From: Fibrobacterota bacterium
Lineage (GTDB): Bacteria > Fibrobacterota > Fibrobacteria > UBA11236
Assembly: GCA_043753995.1 (NCBI GenBank)
Contig: JAYUVP010000141.1
Coordinates: 1 to 46,406 of the forward strand
Direction: 5' to 3'
Length of the DNA: 46,406 nt
Made by a program: the position numbers and the translations under genes. Of the stretch, positions 1 to 8,548 are shown in pieces (the first letter of the stretch is position 1; the number at the start of each line of letters is the position of its first letter). The notes under the pieces are model-generated. The model was not told the origin of the DNA, ran no database searches, and saw only the letters and a program-made list of their open reading frames with translations.

Positions 1-1184
1 CCCGAACCTTCCCGCCCCAATACCGTGGCCAAATCGAAGCGAAATCCGTCGACATGACATTCTTCGACGAGATAGCGAAGGCTGTCCATGGCCAGCCTAT
101 TCACGACGGGACTACCGAAATCAAGAGTATTGCCGCAACCCGTAACATTCCGGTAACTCCGTTTTTCGTGCTTGTCCCCTTCCAATGCATAATAGGCGAC
201 ATTGTCTAGGCCGCGAAAACTCAGGGTTGGCCCAAATTCACTGCCTTCCGCCGTATGGTTGTAAACCACATCGAGAATGATTTCGATTCCGGCGCGATGC
301 AATTCGCGCACCAGGGTCTTGAACTCATTGAGCGGCGCCAGCGGATCGGTTGTGGTGGCATAGTCCAGTTCAAGGCAGAAGAAAGCCGCCGTATTATAGC
401 CCCAATAATTCACCAAGCCGCGCTGGGTGAGGTGATCTTCAGAATATTTGGCCTGCACTGGCAATAACTCGACGGCATTGATGCCCAAGGCAGTCAGATG
501 AGGAATTTTTTCGATGAAGCCCAAATAGGTCCCAGGCGTCCGAACATCGGAAGAGGCATGGGCCGTAAAACCTTTGACATGCGCCTCATAGAGGATCAAA
601 TCCTCTAAGCGATGGTCAGGCTTGCGGACGCCTTGCCAATCAAAATTTTGAGGTCCGACCACGACGCATTTAGGCAAAACTCGCGCATTGCTGCGACGGT
701 CCATCACCAGGTCACGGTCGACATGATCAGGATCATAGGCCAAATGCAAATGCTCAACTGTACTGAATTTCCCCACCAAGGCTTTGGCATAGGGGTCAAT
801 CAAGAACTTGTAGGGGTTATAGCGGTGACCATGGCGCGGGTCCCACGGACCATCGGCCAGAAACGCGTAAAATTGGCCAGCCTGCAATCCTTGCACATGC
901 CCATGCCAAATGTCATGGGTGCGTTCTGGCAGGGGCAAAAGGGCTATAGGCTCGCCATAGGGCTGATCAAAAAGGGCTACAAAAACCGCATGGGCATGCT
1001 TGGAATAAACCGCGAAGCTCACCCCCTCCCGGTCGACGGTGGCTCCCAGGGGATAAGCCTTGGCTGGCCGAATGGAAAAAAACCGGCCACCCAAGGACGT
1101 GACGGTGATTTCGCCTCGCCGGTTACGGCGATGCAGGGATGGTGAGCGGTGATGAGCGCCGCGCCCGTGGCCACGAACAGACAT
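1..1184 (-). CDS. glgX: Host glycogen debranching enzyme/isoamylase (GH13), 5' part; runs off the left edge. Start is ATG 1184 or TTG 1094
   Basis: Manual minus-strand translation gives 'AYPLGATVDREGVSFAVYS' near 1010-1065 and the GH13 catalytic motif 'HVDGFRFDLATVLGR' near 10-60 in the same frame. Absent from the ORF track because it is partial. Confidence 0.9.
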   Translation of the reverse strand, partial: MSVRGHGRGAHHRSPSLHRRNRRGEITVTSLGGRFFSIRPAKAYPLGATVDREGVSFAVYSKHAHAVFVALFDQPYGEPIALLPLPERTHDIWHGHVQGLQAGQFYAFLADGPWDPRHGHRYNPYKFLIDPYAKALVGKFSTVEHLHLAYDPDHVDRDLVMDRRSNARVLPKCVVVGPQNFDWQGVRKPDHRLEDLILYEAHVKGFTAHASSDVRTPGTYLGFIEKIPHLTALGINAVELLPVQAKYSEDHLTQRGLVNYWGYNTAAFFCLELDYATTTDPLAPLNEFKTLVRELHRAGIEIILDVVYNHTAEGSEFGPTLSFRGLDNVAYYALEGDKHEKRSYRNVTGCGNTLDFGSPVVNRLAMDSLRYLVEECHVDGFRFDLATVLGREGS

Positions 1185-1218
1185 GCTGGGGGACTCGTTG
1201 AGGCTCCAAGGCAAATTT

Positions 1219-1243
1219 CCCCGGAGGCGGAAGGATTTGAACC
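1219..1243. repeat. attL core CCCCGGAGGCGGAAGGATTTGAACC (displaced tRNA 3' fragment)
   Basis: Identical to 46382-46406. The reverse complement GGTTCAAATCCTTCCGCCTCCG is a T-loop plus 3' acceptor strand. Just beyond the core this copy cannot complete the T-stem. Confidence 0.92.
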
Positions 1244-1370
1244 CTTGGTCTCGCCTATTGGGCGCAACCTGGGCACGCCTCTGGGCGGCAAATATAGTCC
1301 AAAATCGCCAATCTCTGGCCGCCATAGTACCGAAGGTATAACCCAAATCGGACAGGTCGGACAATCTGGC

Positions 1371-1390
1371 CGGGACTCGCGCCGGGACTC
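1371..1390. promoter_or_regulatory. Putative integrase arm-type site pair CGGGACTCGCGCCGGGACTC (attL side)
   Basis: Exact 20-bp match to 46319-46338; made of two CGGGACTC units with a 12-bp period. Confidence 0.75.
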
Positions 1391-1573
1391 TGCCAAAAAA
1401 TCCCGACCGGTAAAAAAAGGGCTCAGGGATGTTTCGCGCTCCCTGACCGTCCATGGTGCAGCCCTTCACTTCGCCAAGGCTTGGGCTACGTGGCACAACA
1501 ATTCCGCCTTGGTGCTTGGGGTTGAGATGGTCGAGGGGACCACAGGCAAGCAAAGGCCTGTGCGGGTGGAGCT

Positions 1574-2380
1574 ATGATGCTCGCCGCCCCTACCCGCCCC
1601 CTTGTGCGCTGGCACGGCGCCAAGTGGCGACTAGCCCCGTGGATCATCGAACAATTCCCGGCCCACCGCGTTTACGTCGAGCCCTATGGCGGCGGCGCTT
1701 CGGTCCTACTGCGAAAGGATCGCTCCTACGCCGAGGTCTACAACGACTTGGATGAGGAGATCGTCAACCTCTTCCAGGTGGCGCGAGACCATGGTGATGA
1801 ATTGGCTCGTCGCCTCGAACTCACCCCGTTTTCTCGGGTCGAATTCAAGGCCTCTTACGGTGATTCAACCGATCGAATAGAGCGCGCCCGACACACCATC
1901 ATCAAGGCCTATCAAGGGTTTGGCTCGAATAGCATTCATAGACTGAGCGGGTTCAGAAACAATTGCACGCTCTCCGGGTCTACGCCGGCAGGTGATTGGG
2001 CGACATACCCGACCGCATTGCGAAAAATTATTACAAGGCTTCAAGGTGTTGTGATTGAGAGTCGATACGCGATCAACATTTTGGAAATGTTCGACTCCCC
2101 AGAAACCTTGTTCTATGTGGACCCGCCGTATTTACCCGAAACTCGCAATCCTGGCCACGACTACGCGCACGAATTGACGGGTGAGGATCACCGCACGTTA
2201 TTGCATGCTCTCAACGAATCGAATGGCATGGTTGTCCTATCCGGCTACCCGTCGCCGATTTATGACGATGCGCTCCAGGGTTGGCGACGGTTAGAAAAAA
2301 AGACCATGGCCGATGGTGCGCGGCCAAGGACCGAGGTGCTTTGGTGTTCGCCGAACATCAAAACAGGACGCCTACTATGA
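1574..2380 (+). CDS. DNA adenine methyltransferase (D12/Dam-like class)
   Basis: RWHGAK, YVEPYGGGASV (SAM binding), NDLD and FYVDPPY motifs. Confidence 0.93.
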   Translation: MMLAAPTRPLVRWHGAKWRLAPWIIEQFPAHRVYVEPYGGGASVLLRKDRSYAEVYNDLDEEIVNLFQVARDHGDELARRLELTPFSRVEFKASYGDSTDRIERARHTIIKAYQGFGSNSIHRLSGFRNNCTLSGSTPAGDWATYPTALRKIITRLQGVVIESRYAINILEMFDSPETLFYVDPPYLPETRNPGHDYAHELTGEDHRTLLHALNESNGMVVLSGYPSPIYDDALQGWRRLEKKTMADGARPRTEVLWCSPNIKTGRLL

Positions 2381-3234
2381 CCGCATCAAAAATCGAATGG
2401 ACTGATCGCGTTTGGAATCCGGTGACCGGCTGCACCAAGGTTTCTGCGGGCTGCAAGAACTGCTACGCCGAGCGGTTCGCCGGCAGGAATATGGGCCAGT
2501 GGAAGGACCGAGATTTTGGTGATGTTAGGACGCATGAGGAGCGACTAAACGCGCCGCTGCACTGGCAAAAACCGGCAAAAATATTCGTGAATTCGATGAG
2601 CGATTTGTTTCACAAAGACGTGCCGTTCGATTTTATCGATCGCGTTTTCTTAGTGATGGCGTCGACACTTCACCATACCTATCAGATTTTGACCAAGCGC
2701 CCAGATAGGATGCTTGAATATTTATCAACATCAAAGCACAGAACCAGGTCGCATGATTGGTCGCGGATAACCCCACTCCCAAATGTTCACCTTGGTATTT
2801 CCGTCGAGAATCAAAAGGCTGCGGATGAGCGCGTATCGCTTTTGCTGCGATGCCCTTCGGCGGTTCGGTTTCTGAGCTGCGAGCCTATGCTTGGTCCGGT
2901 TCAAGTATTCGATGAAATGACCGCTGAGCTTCTTTTCCATAGCGGCAATGATTACGAGCCTGGAGCTATCGACTGGATAATATGCGGCGGAGAAAGCGGC
3001 CCAGGTGCGCGACCTATGCACCCAGATTGGGCGAGGTCGTTGCGCGACCAATGCAAAGTCGCAGCCGTGCCGTTCCATTTTAAGCAATGGGGCGAGTGGA
3101 AACCAATCACACGAATAGACGGAATTCACGAATCACCATTCGGTGGACAAGTTTCGATTCGCGCAGGTAAAAAGAAATCAGGCCGCCTGCTTGATGGTGT
3201 CGAGCATAACGCTTTCCCGGTGGTGCGCCCATGA
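2377..3234 (+). CDS. DUF5131 / phage Gp37-Gp68 family radical-SAM-like protein
   Basis: IEWTDRVWNPVTGCTKVSAGCKNCYA (Cx6Cx2C), FVNSMSDLFH, GGESG and FKQWG motifs; ATGA overlap with the MTase. Confidence 0.92.
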   Translation: MTASKIEWTDRVWNPVTGCTKVSAGCKNCYAERFAGRNMGQWKDRDFGDVRTHEERLNAPLHWQKPAKIFVNSMSDLFHKDVPFDFIDRVFLVMASTLHHTYQILTKRPDRMLEYLSTSKHRTRSHDWSRITPLPNVHLGISVENQKAADERVSLLLRCPSAVRFLSCEPMLGPVQVFDEMTAELLFHSGNDYEPGAIDWIICGGESGPGARPMHPDWARSLRDQCKVAAVPFHFKQWGEWKPITRIDGIHESPFGGQVSIRAGKKKSGRLLDGVEHNAFPVVRP

Positions 3235-3608
3235 GAAACATGAGCTTCGCCCTCACCACCAAACAGCTCAAAGACGGAAGCAAAACCGTCACCCGTCGCC
3301 TTGGCTGGCAAAACCTCAAGTCTGGCGATCGGGTCATGGCTTGTGAAAAGTGTATGGGCCTTGGGCTAGGCGGCAAAATCGTCCACCTCGGTTGCATCAG
3401 CATCGTAAGCGTTCGCCGCGAACCGCTCAACGCGATAACTCAAGAGGACTGCGCGCGCGAAGGCTTCCCGAATTTCACACCAGATCAATTCGTGGCCATG
3501 TTCTGCGAGCACATGGGGTGCGATCCAGAAACCGAGGTAACTCGAATCGAATTTGAGAAAACCCAAGCCGCGGGCAAAGCGGCAAACCAACCCATGGAGA
3601 CAGCATGA
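3231..3608 (+). CDS. ASCH domain protein
   Basis: GSKTVTRR and 'ITQEDCAREGF...VTRIEF' are typical of ASCH domains; ATGA coupling. Confidence 0.85.
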   Translation: MRNMSFALTTKQLKDGSKTVTRRLGWQNLKSGDRVMACEKCMGLGLGGKIVHLGCISIVSVRREPLNAITQEDCAREGFPNFTPDQFVAMFCEHMGCDPETEVTRIEFEKTQAAGKAANQPMETA

Positions 3609-3952
3609 AAGCCCAGAAAATGGCCTGGTGGAAAACCGGCTACGGAAAGATGGATAGGCAGATGCAAGGCGACTTCGAACGTGCGCAGAAAATCGCGCAG
3701 GAGAGCGGAAAACCTTGCACCATCACATTGACCATCATCATCAACCCTCCTCGAACGAACGAGCCGGAGTATATGCCGGTGAAGTACAAGCGCAAGCTCA
3801 CCGAACCAGCCTACGCCTCGGCAGAGTGCGATCTCGTCTTGCGTGATGGCGTCGCGGTGTCGGATGCCGAGCAGCATCCCGACCAAGTCTTGCTGGATTT
3901 TGAAGAGAAAAACGAAATCACCCTGGCCCGCGCTAAGAAAGCCGCAGTCTAA
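3605..3952 (+). CDS. Hypothetical phage protein (YfdP-like partner)
   Basis: Coupled ORF; 'AQESGKPCTITLTIII.P' resembles the small proteins that precede DUF2303 genes. Confidence 0.55.
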   Translation: MKAQKMAWWKTGYGKMDRQMQGDFERAQKIAQESGKPCTITLTIIINPPRTNEPEYMPVKYKRKLTEPAYASAECDLVLRDGVAVSDAEQHPDQVLLDFEEKNEITLARAKKAAV

Positions 3953-4713
3953 TGAAAACCGAAAACCTCGTCATCAATGCTGATGGCAAAGAATTACTCC
4001 TCGGCGCCCACTTCCACACCCTGGAGGACATGACCCGTATCACCTTCGAGGCTCAAAACCTCATCGCCTTCGTGAGCTTTGTGAAGAAGCTGGAAGGCGA
4101 ATACCTGGTGATTTGTAAGCCTCAGCGGGTGGAGGCTTGGCCCAAGGAAATCAATCGTTATTCCCTGCCTTTGGCTACCTGCCAATTGCATGCGAGCGAA
4201 GCCCTTAGCCAACTATCCAAAATGGCGAACACCAAAAAGTCACTCGCCGACTTCGCCGAATTCATCGAGAGCTTCAAAGCCTTTTCGACCGAAGGTGCCC
4301 TGGAACTCCTCCCGAATCTGCGAAACTTCCGCATGAAAAAGGTCTTGTCCGTCAATGTCAGCGACGACCGCAAAGGGAATTTCGCCTATGCGGTTTCGCT
4401 CGAAAAGGGAGGGAATGATGATTTCACTCCTCCCGCGCTGCTGAAATTCAAGGTCCCTATTTTCAAATTCCACGCCGACACTTTCGAGCACGCTTTCGAG
4501 CTCTACTTCGATTCACGTCCCGAAGGTGAAACCGTGGCGATGAATTTCACTCTCAAGACCTTCACCTTCGATGAGGACTTGGAAGCGGCCAAAATCGAGG
4601 CAATCGATGCCGGACTTGAAGGCATCGAGAAAGACCAAATCCTTTGGGGTTCGCAAGCAGTCAAGGTGACCGACGATTCATGGAAGTACAAGAAGAATTC
4701 GGTAGAGAGCTAA
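3952..4713 (+). CDS. Hypothetical phage protein, possibly DUF2303/YfdQ-like
   Basis: TAATG coupling; size and the 'FAEFIE...FKVPIF' pattern. Confidence 0.5.
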   Translation: MKTENLVINADGKELLLGAHFHTLEDMTRITFEAQNLIAFVSFVKKLEGEYLVICKPQRVEAWPKEINRYSLPLATCQLHASEALSQLSKMANTKKSLADFAEFIESFKAFSTEGALELLPNLRNFRMKKVLSVNVSDDRKGNFAYAVSLEKGGNDDFTPPALLKFKVPIFKFHADTFEHAFELYFDSRPEGETVAMNFTLKTFTFDEDLEAAKIEAIDAGLEGIEKDQILWGSQAVKVTDDSWKYKKNSVES

Positions 4714-4728
4714 GCGCCAAGAATCCAT

Positions 4729-4831
4729 AAGGTCGCGACAGCATGAAAAAAGCACGTCCCGAGGCGCAAGCCTCCGAATCTGTCAACGATGCCTCCGGGT
4801 TGTGCCGCGGCATGGGTGTGGATGCGACCTT
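4729..4831 (+). ncRNA. Candidate multi-stem structured RNA in the leader of the replication gene
   Basis: AAGGTCGC/GCGACCTT closing stem; GACAG/CTGTC stem; GAGGC-GCAA-GCCTC GNRA hairpin; ATGCC/GGCAT stem. Confidence 0.4.
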
Positions 4832-4859
4832 TCCAAATTCAGTTAAGCAAGGAAAATAA

Positions 4860-5765
4860 GTGCCAAACCGCTATATCCGCGAAAGCATGATCGAATCGGA
4901 AACGATCAACTCGGTGAGCTTCCAGGCTGAGGTTACCTGGTTGCGCCTGCTTTTGACGGTGGATGATTGGGGACGATGCGAAGCAAGTATACCCCTTCTG
5001 CGACCAAAATTATTTCCGCTGCGTCTTGACCAGGTCCGAGAGGCCGATCTGCAACGATGGCTCGCCGAGTGCGAAAAGTCCGGGCTGATACGTTTCTACC
5101 AAATCCGAGGCAAGGCCCACGTTCAAATGATGAAATGGCGTAAGGGGCGAGCTTTGCAAAGCAAATATCCCGATCCACCACCCGAAATTCTCGCAGAATG
5201 TTATGCGGATGAAAACGGATGTTTACAGGCGCAAACATCGGAAAACATCAGTTTACAACCGAATACAAATGCACCCGATAACGATCACGATAACGATCAC
5301 GATAACGATCACGATGGCGATATTTCGGATTCTGGGCCAGGCTTGCGAGATCGATTCGATGAGGCGCGAAAGCTGTATCCCGGCACCAAAGGCGGATTAA
5401 CCGTCGAGTGGTCCAATTTCGAGAAAAAATACCGAAAGGCTTTGGCTGAAATCATTCCAAAACTTTCGCCAGCAATCCAAAACGAGATCAACCACAAGCG
5501 GGAGTTGGCCGCCAAAGGGCAGTTCGTGGCCGCCTGGGCGCATTTCCGGACCTGGGTCAACCAAAGACGCTGGGAGCAGGAATTAGGGGCTTCTGGGCCC
5601 ATAGGAGGCGGAAATGCAAAACCAAATAATCGCGCCGAATTGGAAGCCGACGCGGCAAGAATTCGGCAGCGTCACGCCAACCGAAGCGCTCCTGACGGAC
5701 CTGATCGATTCGATGTACTGGGCAGCGAAGCAGCCGGCACCCAAGGGCGATATGCTGGCGCTTGA
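4860..5765 (+). CDS. Phage replication initiator (lambda O-like architecture)
   Basis: N-terminal wHTH-like 'LLLTVDDWGR...LRPKLFP', a repetitive linker, and C-terminal 'FDEARKLYP...FRTWVNQRRWE'; AAGGA RBS with GTG start. Confidence 0.8.
   Translation: MPNRYIRESMIESETINSVSFQAEVTWLRLLLTVDDWGRCEASIPLLRPKLFPLRLDQVREADLQRWLAECEKSGLIRFYQIRGKAHVQMMKWRKGRALQSKYPDPPPEILAECYADENGCLQAQTSENISLQPNTNAPDNDHDNDHDNDHDGDISDSGPGLRDRFDEARKLYPGTKGGLTVEWSNFEKKYRKALAEIIPKLSPAIQNEINHKRELAAKGQFVAAWAHFRTWVNQRRWEQELGASGPIGGGNAKPNNRAELEADAARIRQRHANRSAPDGPDRFDVLGSEAAGTQGRYAGA
5276..5315 (+). repeat. 12-bp tandem repeat (CGATAACGATCA) x3.3 in the initiator linker
   Basis: Directly visible; encodes DNDH repeats. Confidence 0.9.
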
Positions 5766-6060
5766 CATCGACATGGCGGCCAGGTATTGGCGAGACATCC
5801 CGGCACATTCCCTGCGGGAGGCGGTGGAGGCTGCAATCGTAAGGGCTGCGCCTTGGGCTGCGACCATCCCCCAGGTGGCGCAACTATGGCAGGACCGCAA
5901 GGCCGTGCCGAAGATGTTGGATCATGCCGCCGTGGGAAACCGCGACCGGATTTCTCGTGACCGGCAACTGCCATCACCTGAGACGCGATTACCCACCGAG
6001 CAGGAGCGTGAGGCGAATGCAGCGATGTTCCAGCGTCTTGCAGAAGGACTGCGGAAATGA
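5614..6060 (+). CDS. Putative helicase loader/inhibitor (lambda P / G39P position)
   Basis: Overlaps the end of the initiator gene; helical 'WRDIP...EAVEAA...ATIPQV'. Confidence 0.5.
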   Translation: MQNQIIAPNWKPTRQEFGSVTPTEALLTDLIDSMYWAAKQPAPKGDMLALDIDMAARYWRDIPAHSLREAVEAAIVRAAPWAATIPQVAQLWQDRKAVPKMLDHAAVGNRDRISRDRQLPSPETRLPTEQEREANAAMFQRLAEGLRK

Positions 6061-6527
6061 AACCCTACACCAAGCTCGGAGACGAGGCCTTGAAATTCCC
6101 CCGCGTGGTGGGCAGGCGCCGCATGTCCTCGAAGCTTCGCAAGGCTGCGATTGTGGCAAGGGTCGCGCCGGAAGAGATGGATGGCCAGCCAGAGGAGCGT
6201 ATTCACGACCTGGTGGAAATCGAAATTGAGGCGACGGGCCTGCCCTACCTGTCCCTGCGGACTCGGTTTTACAACTGGCTCAAGAGGCATGCAGACCGCG
6301 GCGATCACATCGCCATGGAGATGCAAGGAGCCCTATCCGATTTACCCGATATCATGGTGTGGGATAAATCGAAGGATGGGCGCGGAACCGTGTGCTTGTG
6401 TTTGGAGCTAAAGCGCGACAAGGGGACGGCAAGCAAAGGGCAAAGGGCTTTTGCCGAAAAGGTCGGTGGGGAAATAACAAAAAGTTTTGCACAGGCCCAG
6501 GCGGCCGTAAGGAGGTTTACACAATGA
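6057..6527 (+). CDS. VRR-NUC-like PD-(D/E)xK nuclease
   Basis: LPDIMV...LELKRDKG.ASKGQ motif. Confidence 0.8.
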   Translation: MKPYTKLGDEALKFPRVVGRRRMSSKLRKAAIVARVAPEEMDGQPEERIHDLVEIEIEATGLPYLSLRTRFYNWLKRHADRGDHIAMEMQGALSDLPDIMVWDKSKDGRGTVCLCLELKRDKGTASKGQRAFAEKVGGEITKSFAQAQAAVRRFTQ

Positions 6528-7111
6528 TTTCCAAATTGGAAATACCCAGTGTCGAAGAGCAAAGGCGGATCAACGACGAAATCAACTCTCGCATCGCCGA
6601 GAAAAAGCCCAAGACCAAACAGGATTACGTCACGCCGATGAATTTGATCGCAGAAATCGAGCTGCGCTTCGGACTGCAATTCGTGCTCGACCTGGCCGGA
6701 ACCGAAGAAAACAAGCGATGCGAGCACGTCATCACTCCCGAAGACGACAGTCTACTGGTGTCCTGGGAGGATCGGATGAATGGGATCCTGCTGAACGATA
6801 TGGCTTGGCATGGGATGGCTGCTGGCATGCGTCCGGCCGCGTGGCTAAATCCGGAGTTCGGCCAAACCGCGAAATACATGCGCAAGGCTGCCGACCAGGG
6901 AATCATCATGGTCTCCCTCACTCTGGCCAGCATTGGATCGGCGTGGTATCAGAATTTTGTCAGGCCAAATGCCATGAGCCTCATCACCGACCGCATCACC
7001 TTCGACGGCGAAACTCAAGGCTTTAACCGCGACACCATGATCTCGCTCTGGGGTATGGGACTGACGGGGCTGGGTTGGTGGGATCGGCGCGTTCTTGGAG
7101 CGAAACCATGA
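6524..7111 (+). CDS. Phage N6-adenine methyltransferase-like protein (T1 Dam family) with variant NPEF motif
   Basis: 'YVTP', 'FVLDLA', 'DSL.VSW', 'AWLNPEF' and 'RITF'; GGAGG RBS and ATGA overlap. Confidence 0.75.
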   Translation: MISKLEIPSVEEQRRINDEINSRIAEKKPKTKQDYVTPMNLIAEIELRFGLQFVLDLAGTEENKRCEHVITPEDDSLLVSWEDRMNGILLNDMAWHGMAAGMRPAAWLNPEFGQTAKYMRKAADQGIIMVSLTLASIGSAWYQNFVRPNAMSLITDRITFDGETQGFNRDTMISLWGMGLTGLGWWDRRVLGAKP

Positions 7112-7326
7112 GTGCGACCCATGAAGTCCAGCTATTTGGTCCTAGTGGCGCGCGCTGGCACCCATGTTCACTAGCTGATGCTCCCGCGAACCATACCGGC
7201 GACGAGTCATCGATATACGTCAAACTCCTTGGTGGTGCCATTATCGGGCCATGCCGAGCGGATCGCGTCAGGGTGATGGGGCATGAAAAAACCAAGAGCG
7301 AGAATCAAGGAGACCTATTCGCATGA
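7108..7326 (+). CDS. Hypothetical protein
   Basis: ATGA-coupled at both ends; ends in QGDLFA. Confidence 0.6.
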   Translation: MSATHEVQLFGPSGARWHPCSLADAPANHTGDESSIYVKLLGGAIIGPCRADRVRVMGHEKTKSENQGDLFA

Positions 7327-7820
7327 GGTGCGGTAAAAAGCTTCACAAGCTTCCAGACGGCGAAAAGGTCTGTAAGGAGTGTCGGCGAGCCTATGACAAA
7401 AAGCGTGGACGCGAGAAATACTTGCGCCTGAAGGCCGACCCCGCGGCTTATGCCGCCTTTTGTGCCGCGGATTATGCGCACCGCATGGAGCGCCTAAAAG
7501 ATCCAGCGAAGCGGGAGATGAAAAACAGGACCGACGCAAGGTCACGCAAGAAGCGCATGCAGGAAATCCCCGAGGTCCGCGAGCGGAGGTATAACAATGT
7601 CCGCCAATATCGCGCGAGAAAATTGCAGGAGGATCCGGGATGGGCGAAGCGCGAAAGGGAGCGCTTTGACAGGCTTGATCTGATTGAGAAGGAGCAGCGC
7701 GAGGCTGAACACGCCCAAGCCATGGCAGCCGCCCCCCTCATCGCGGCCAGAGCCTTGAAGCTTGCGGAAACGCGGGCAAGCGAGGAGCGTATGGGAATCA
7801 TCAGGAGGAGTGCCGCTTGA
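7323..7820 (+). CDS. Hypothetical basic protein with an N-terminal Cys cluster
   Basis: CKECRR followed by charged helical repeats; coupled ORF. Confidence 0.65.
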   Translation: MRCGKKLHKLPDGEKVCKECRRAYDKKRGREKYLRLKADPAAYAAFCAADYAHRMERLKDPAKREMKNRTDARSRKKRMQEIPEVRERRYNNVRQYRARKLQEDPGWAKRERERFDRLDLIEKEQREAEHAQAMAAAPLIAARALKLAETRASEERMGIIRRSAA

Positions 7821-8080
7821 GCTGCAGGGATTGCGGCAGCGCATCCTGTCGACCGCGATGTTTTCGCCTATGCCCCATTTGCAAGGGTGATGGGTGCGGC
7901 GGGTGCGCCAAAAGTATTGTGCCTGGCGTCGTGGAATGTGGGGATGATTTCGAGCCAAGAATTGTGGTGTGTTCGCAATGGGGTGATCCTGAAATTGACG
8001 CACTGACTGCCGGAACGGAGCAAGGCCTATTTATAGCGATCGAAATGTCGCGAGACGCTTTAATTGAAATGGGAGAATGA
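7817..8080 (+). CDS. Small Cys-rich (Zn-binding) protein
   Basis: Several CxxC pairs; GGAGGAG RBS and TTG start overlapping the upstream stop. Confidence 0.55.
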   Translation: MSCRDCGSASCRPRCFRLCPICKGDGCGGCAKSIVPGVVECGDDFEPRIVVCSQWGDPEIDALTAGTEQGLFIAIEMSRDALIEMGE

Positions 8081-8081
8081 T

Positions 8082-8456
8082 ATGAAGTCAATATTTATAA
8101 AATCGTTGATAATTCTTTTCACGGCATCACTTTACGGGTGCATTACAGAAGCCGCCGATCGGCGAATAATCGACGAGACGATAAACCCCAAGGTCATGAC
8201 CTGGGACCACCCGGCAATCATTCGCTTTGGCGACACGGTAGCCGCCATAAATGGCCGGGCCTATGCCTACTATGCCAATGGGGTGGTGAGCTGGGGGCGC
8301 GTGACTGTGGTTGACTCGGCCGGGCTAGAAACGGATATCGGGTGCTATTGCTCGGAGCCTGGGGCGACAAAGCTTATCGCCTTTGTGGCCGAGTTCGAGG
8401 CGGTGCCTGGGGCGGTGGCAATTCGGTATCGCGGGGAGGTGGCAGAAGCGCCATGA
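8082..8456 (+). CDS. Putative lipoprotein
   Basis: MKSIFIKSLIILFTASLYG-C signal and lipobox; GGGAG RBS. Confidence 0.65.
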   Translation: MKSIFIKSLIILFTASLYGCITEAADRRIIDETINPKVMTWDHPAIIRFGDTVAAINGRAYAYYANGVVSWGRVTVVDSAGLETDIGCYCSEPGATKLIAFVAEFEAVPGAVAIRYRGEVAEAP

Positions 8457-8486
8457 CCGACACTCAGGAGATACCGTAACCCGCAT

Positions 8487-8548
8487 AATACTGCTTGCCT
8501 GCTCAGTATTGACATTGCCAGAAATATCACTACTGTATAACCCACAGT
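8487..8548 (+). promoter_or_regulatory. Sigma70-like promoter (TTGACA 8509, TACTGT 8531) flanked by two CTG...CAG palindromes
   Basis: AATACTG-N10-CAGTATT at 8487-8510 and ACTGT-N7-ACAGT at 8532-8548. Confidence 0.65.

Noticed and set aside
255..1145. Plus-strand ORFs 255-467 and 612-1145
   Set aside because: They are antisense shadows of glgX, which carries clear GH13 motifs.
1219..1310. Complete tRNA at the left junction
   Set aside because: Similarity stops at the T-loop; no T-stem 5' strand, anticodon arm or D arm can be formed.
1019..1577. ORFs 1149-1577 (+) and 1019-1396 (-) spanning attL
   Set aside because: They cross the host/phage junction and arm sites, have no recognisable motifs and no clear RBS.
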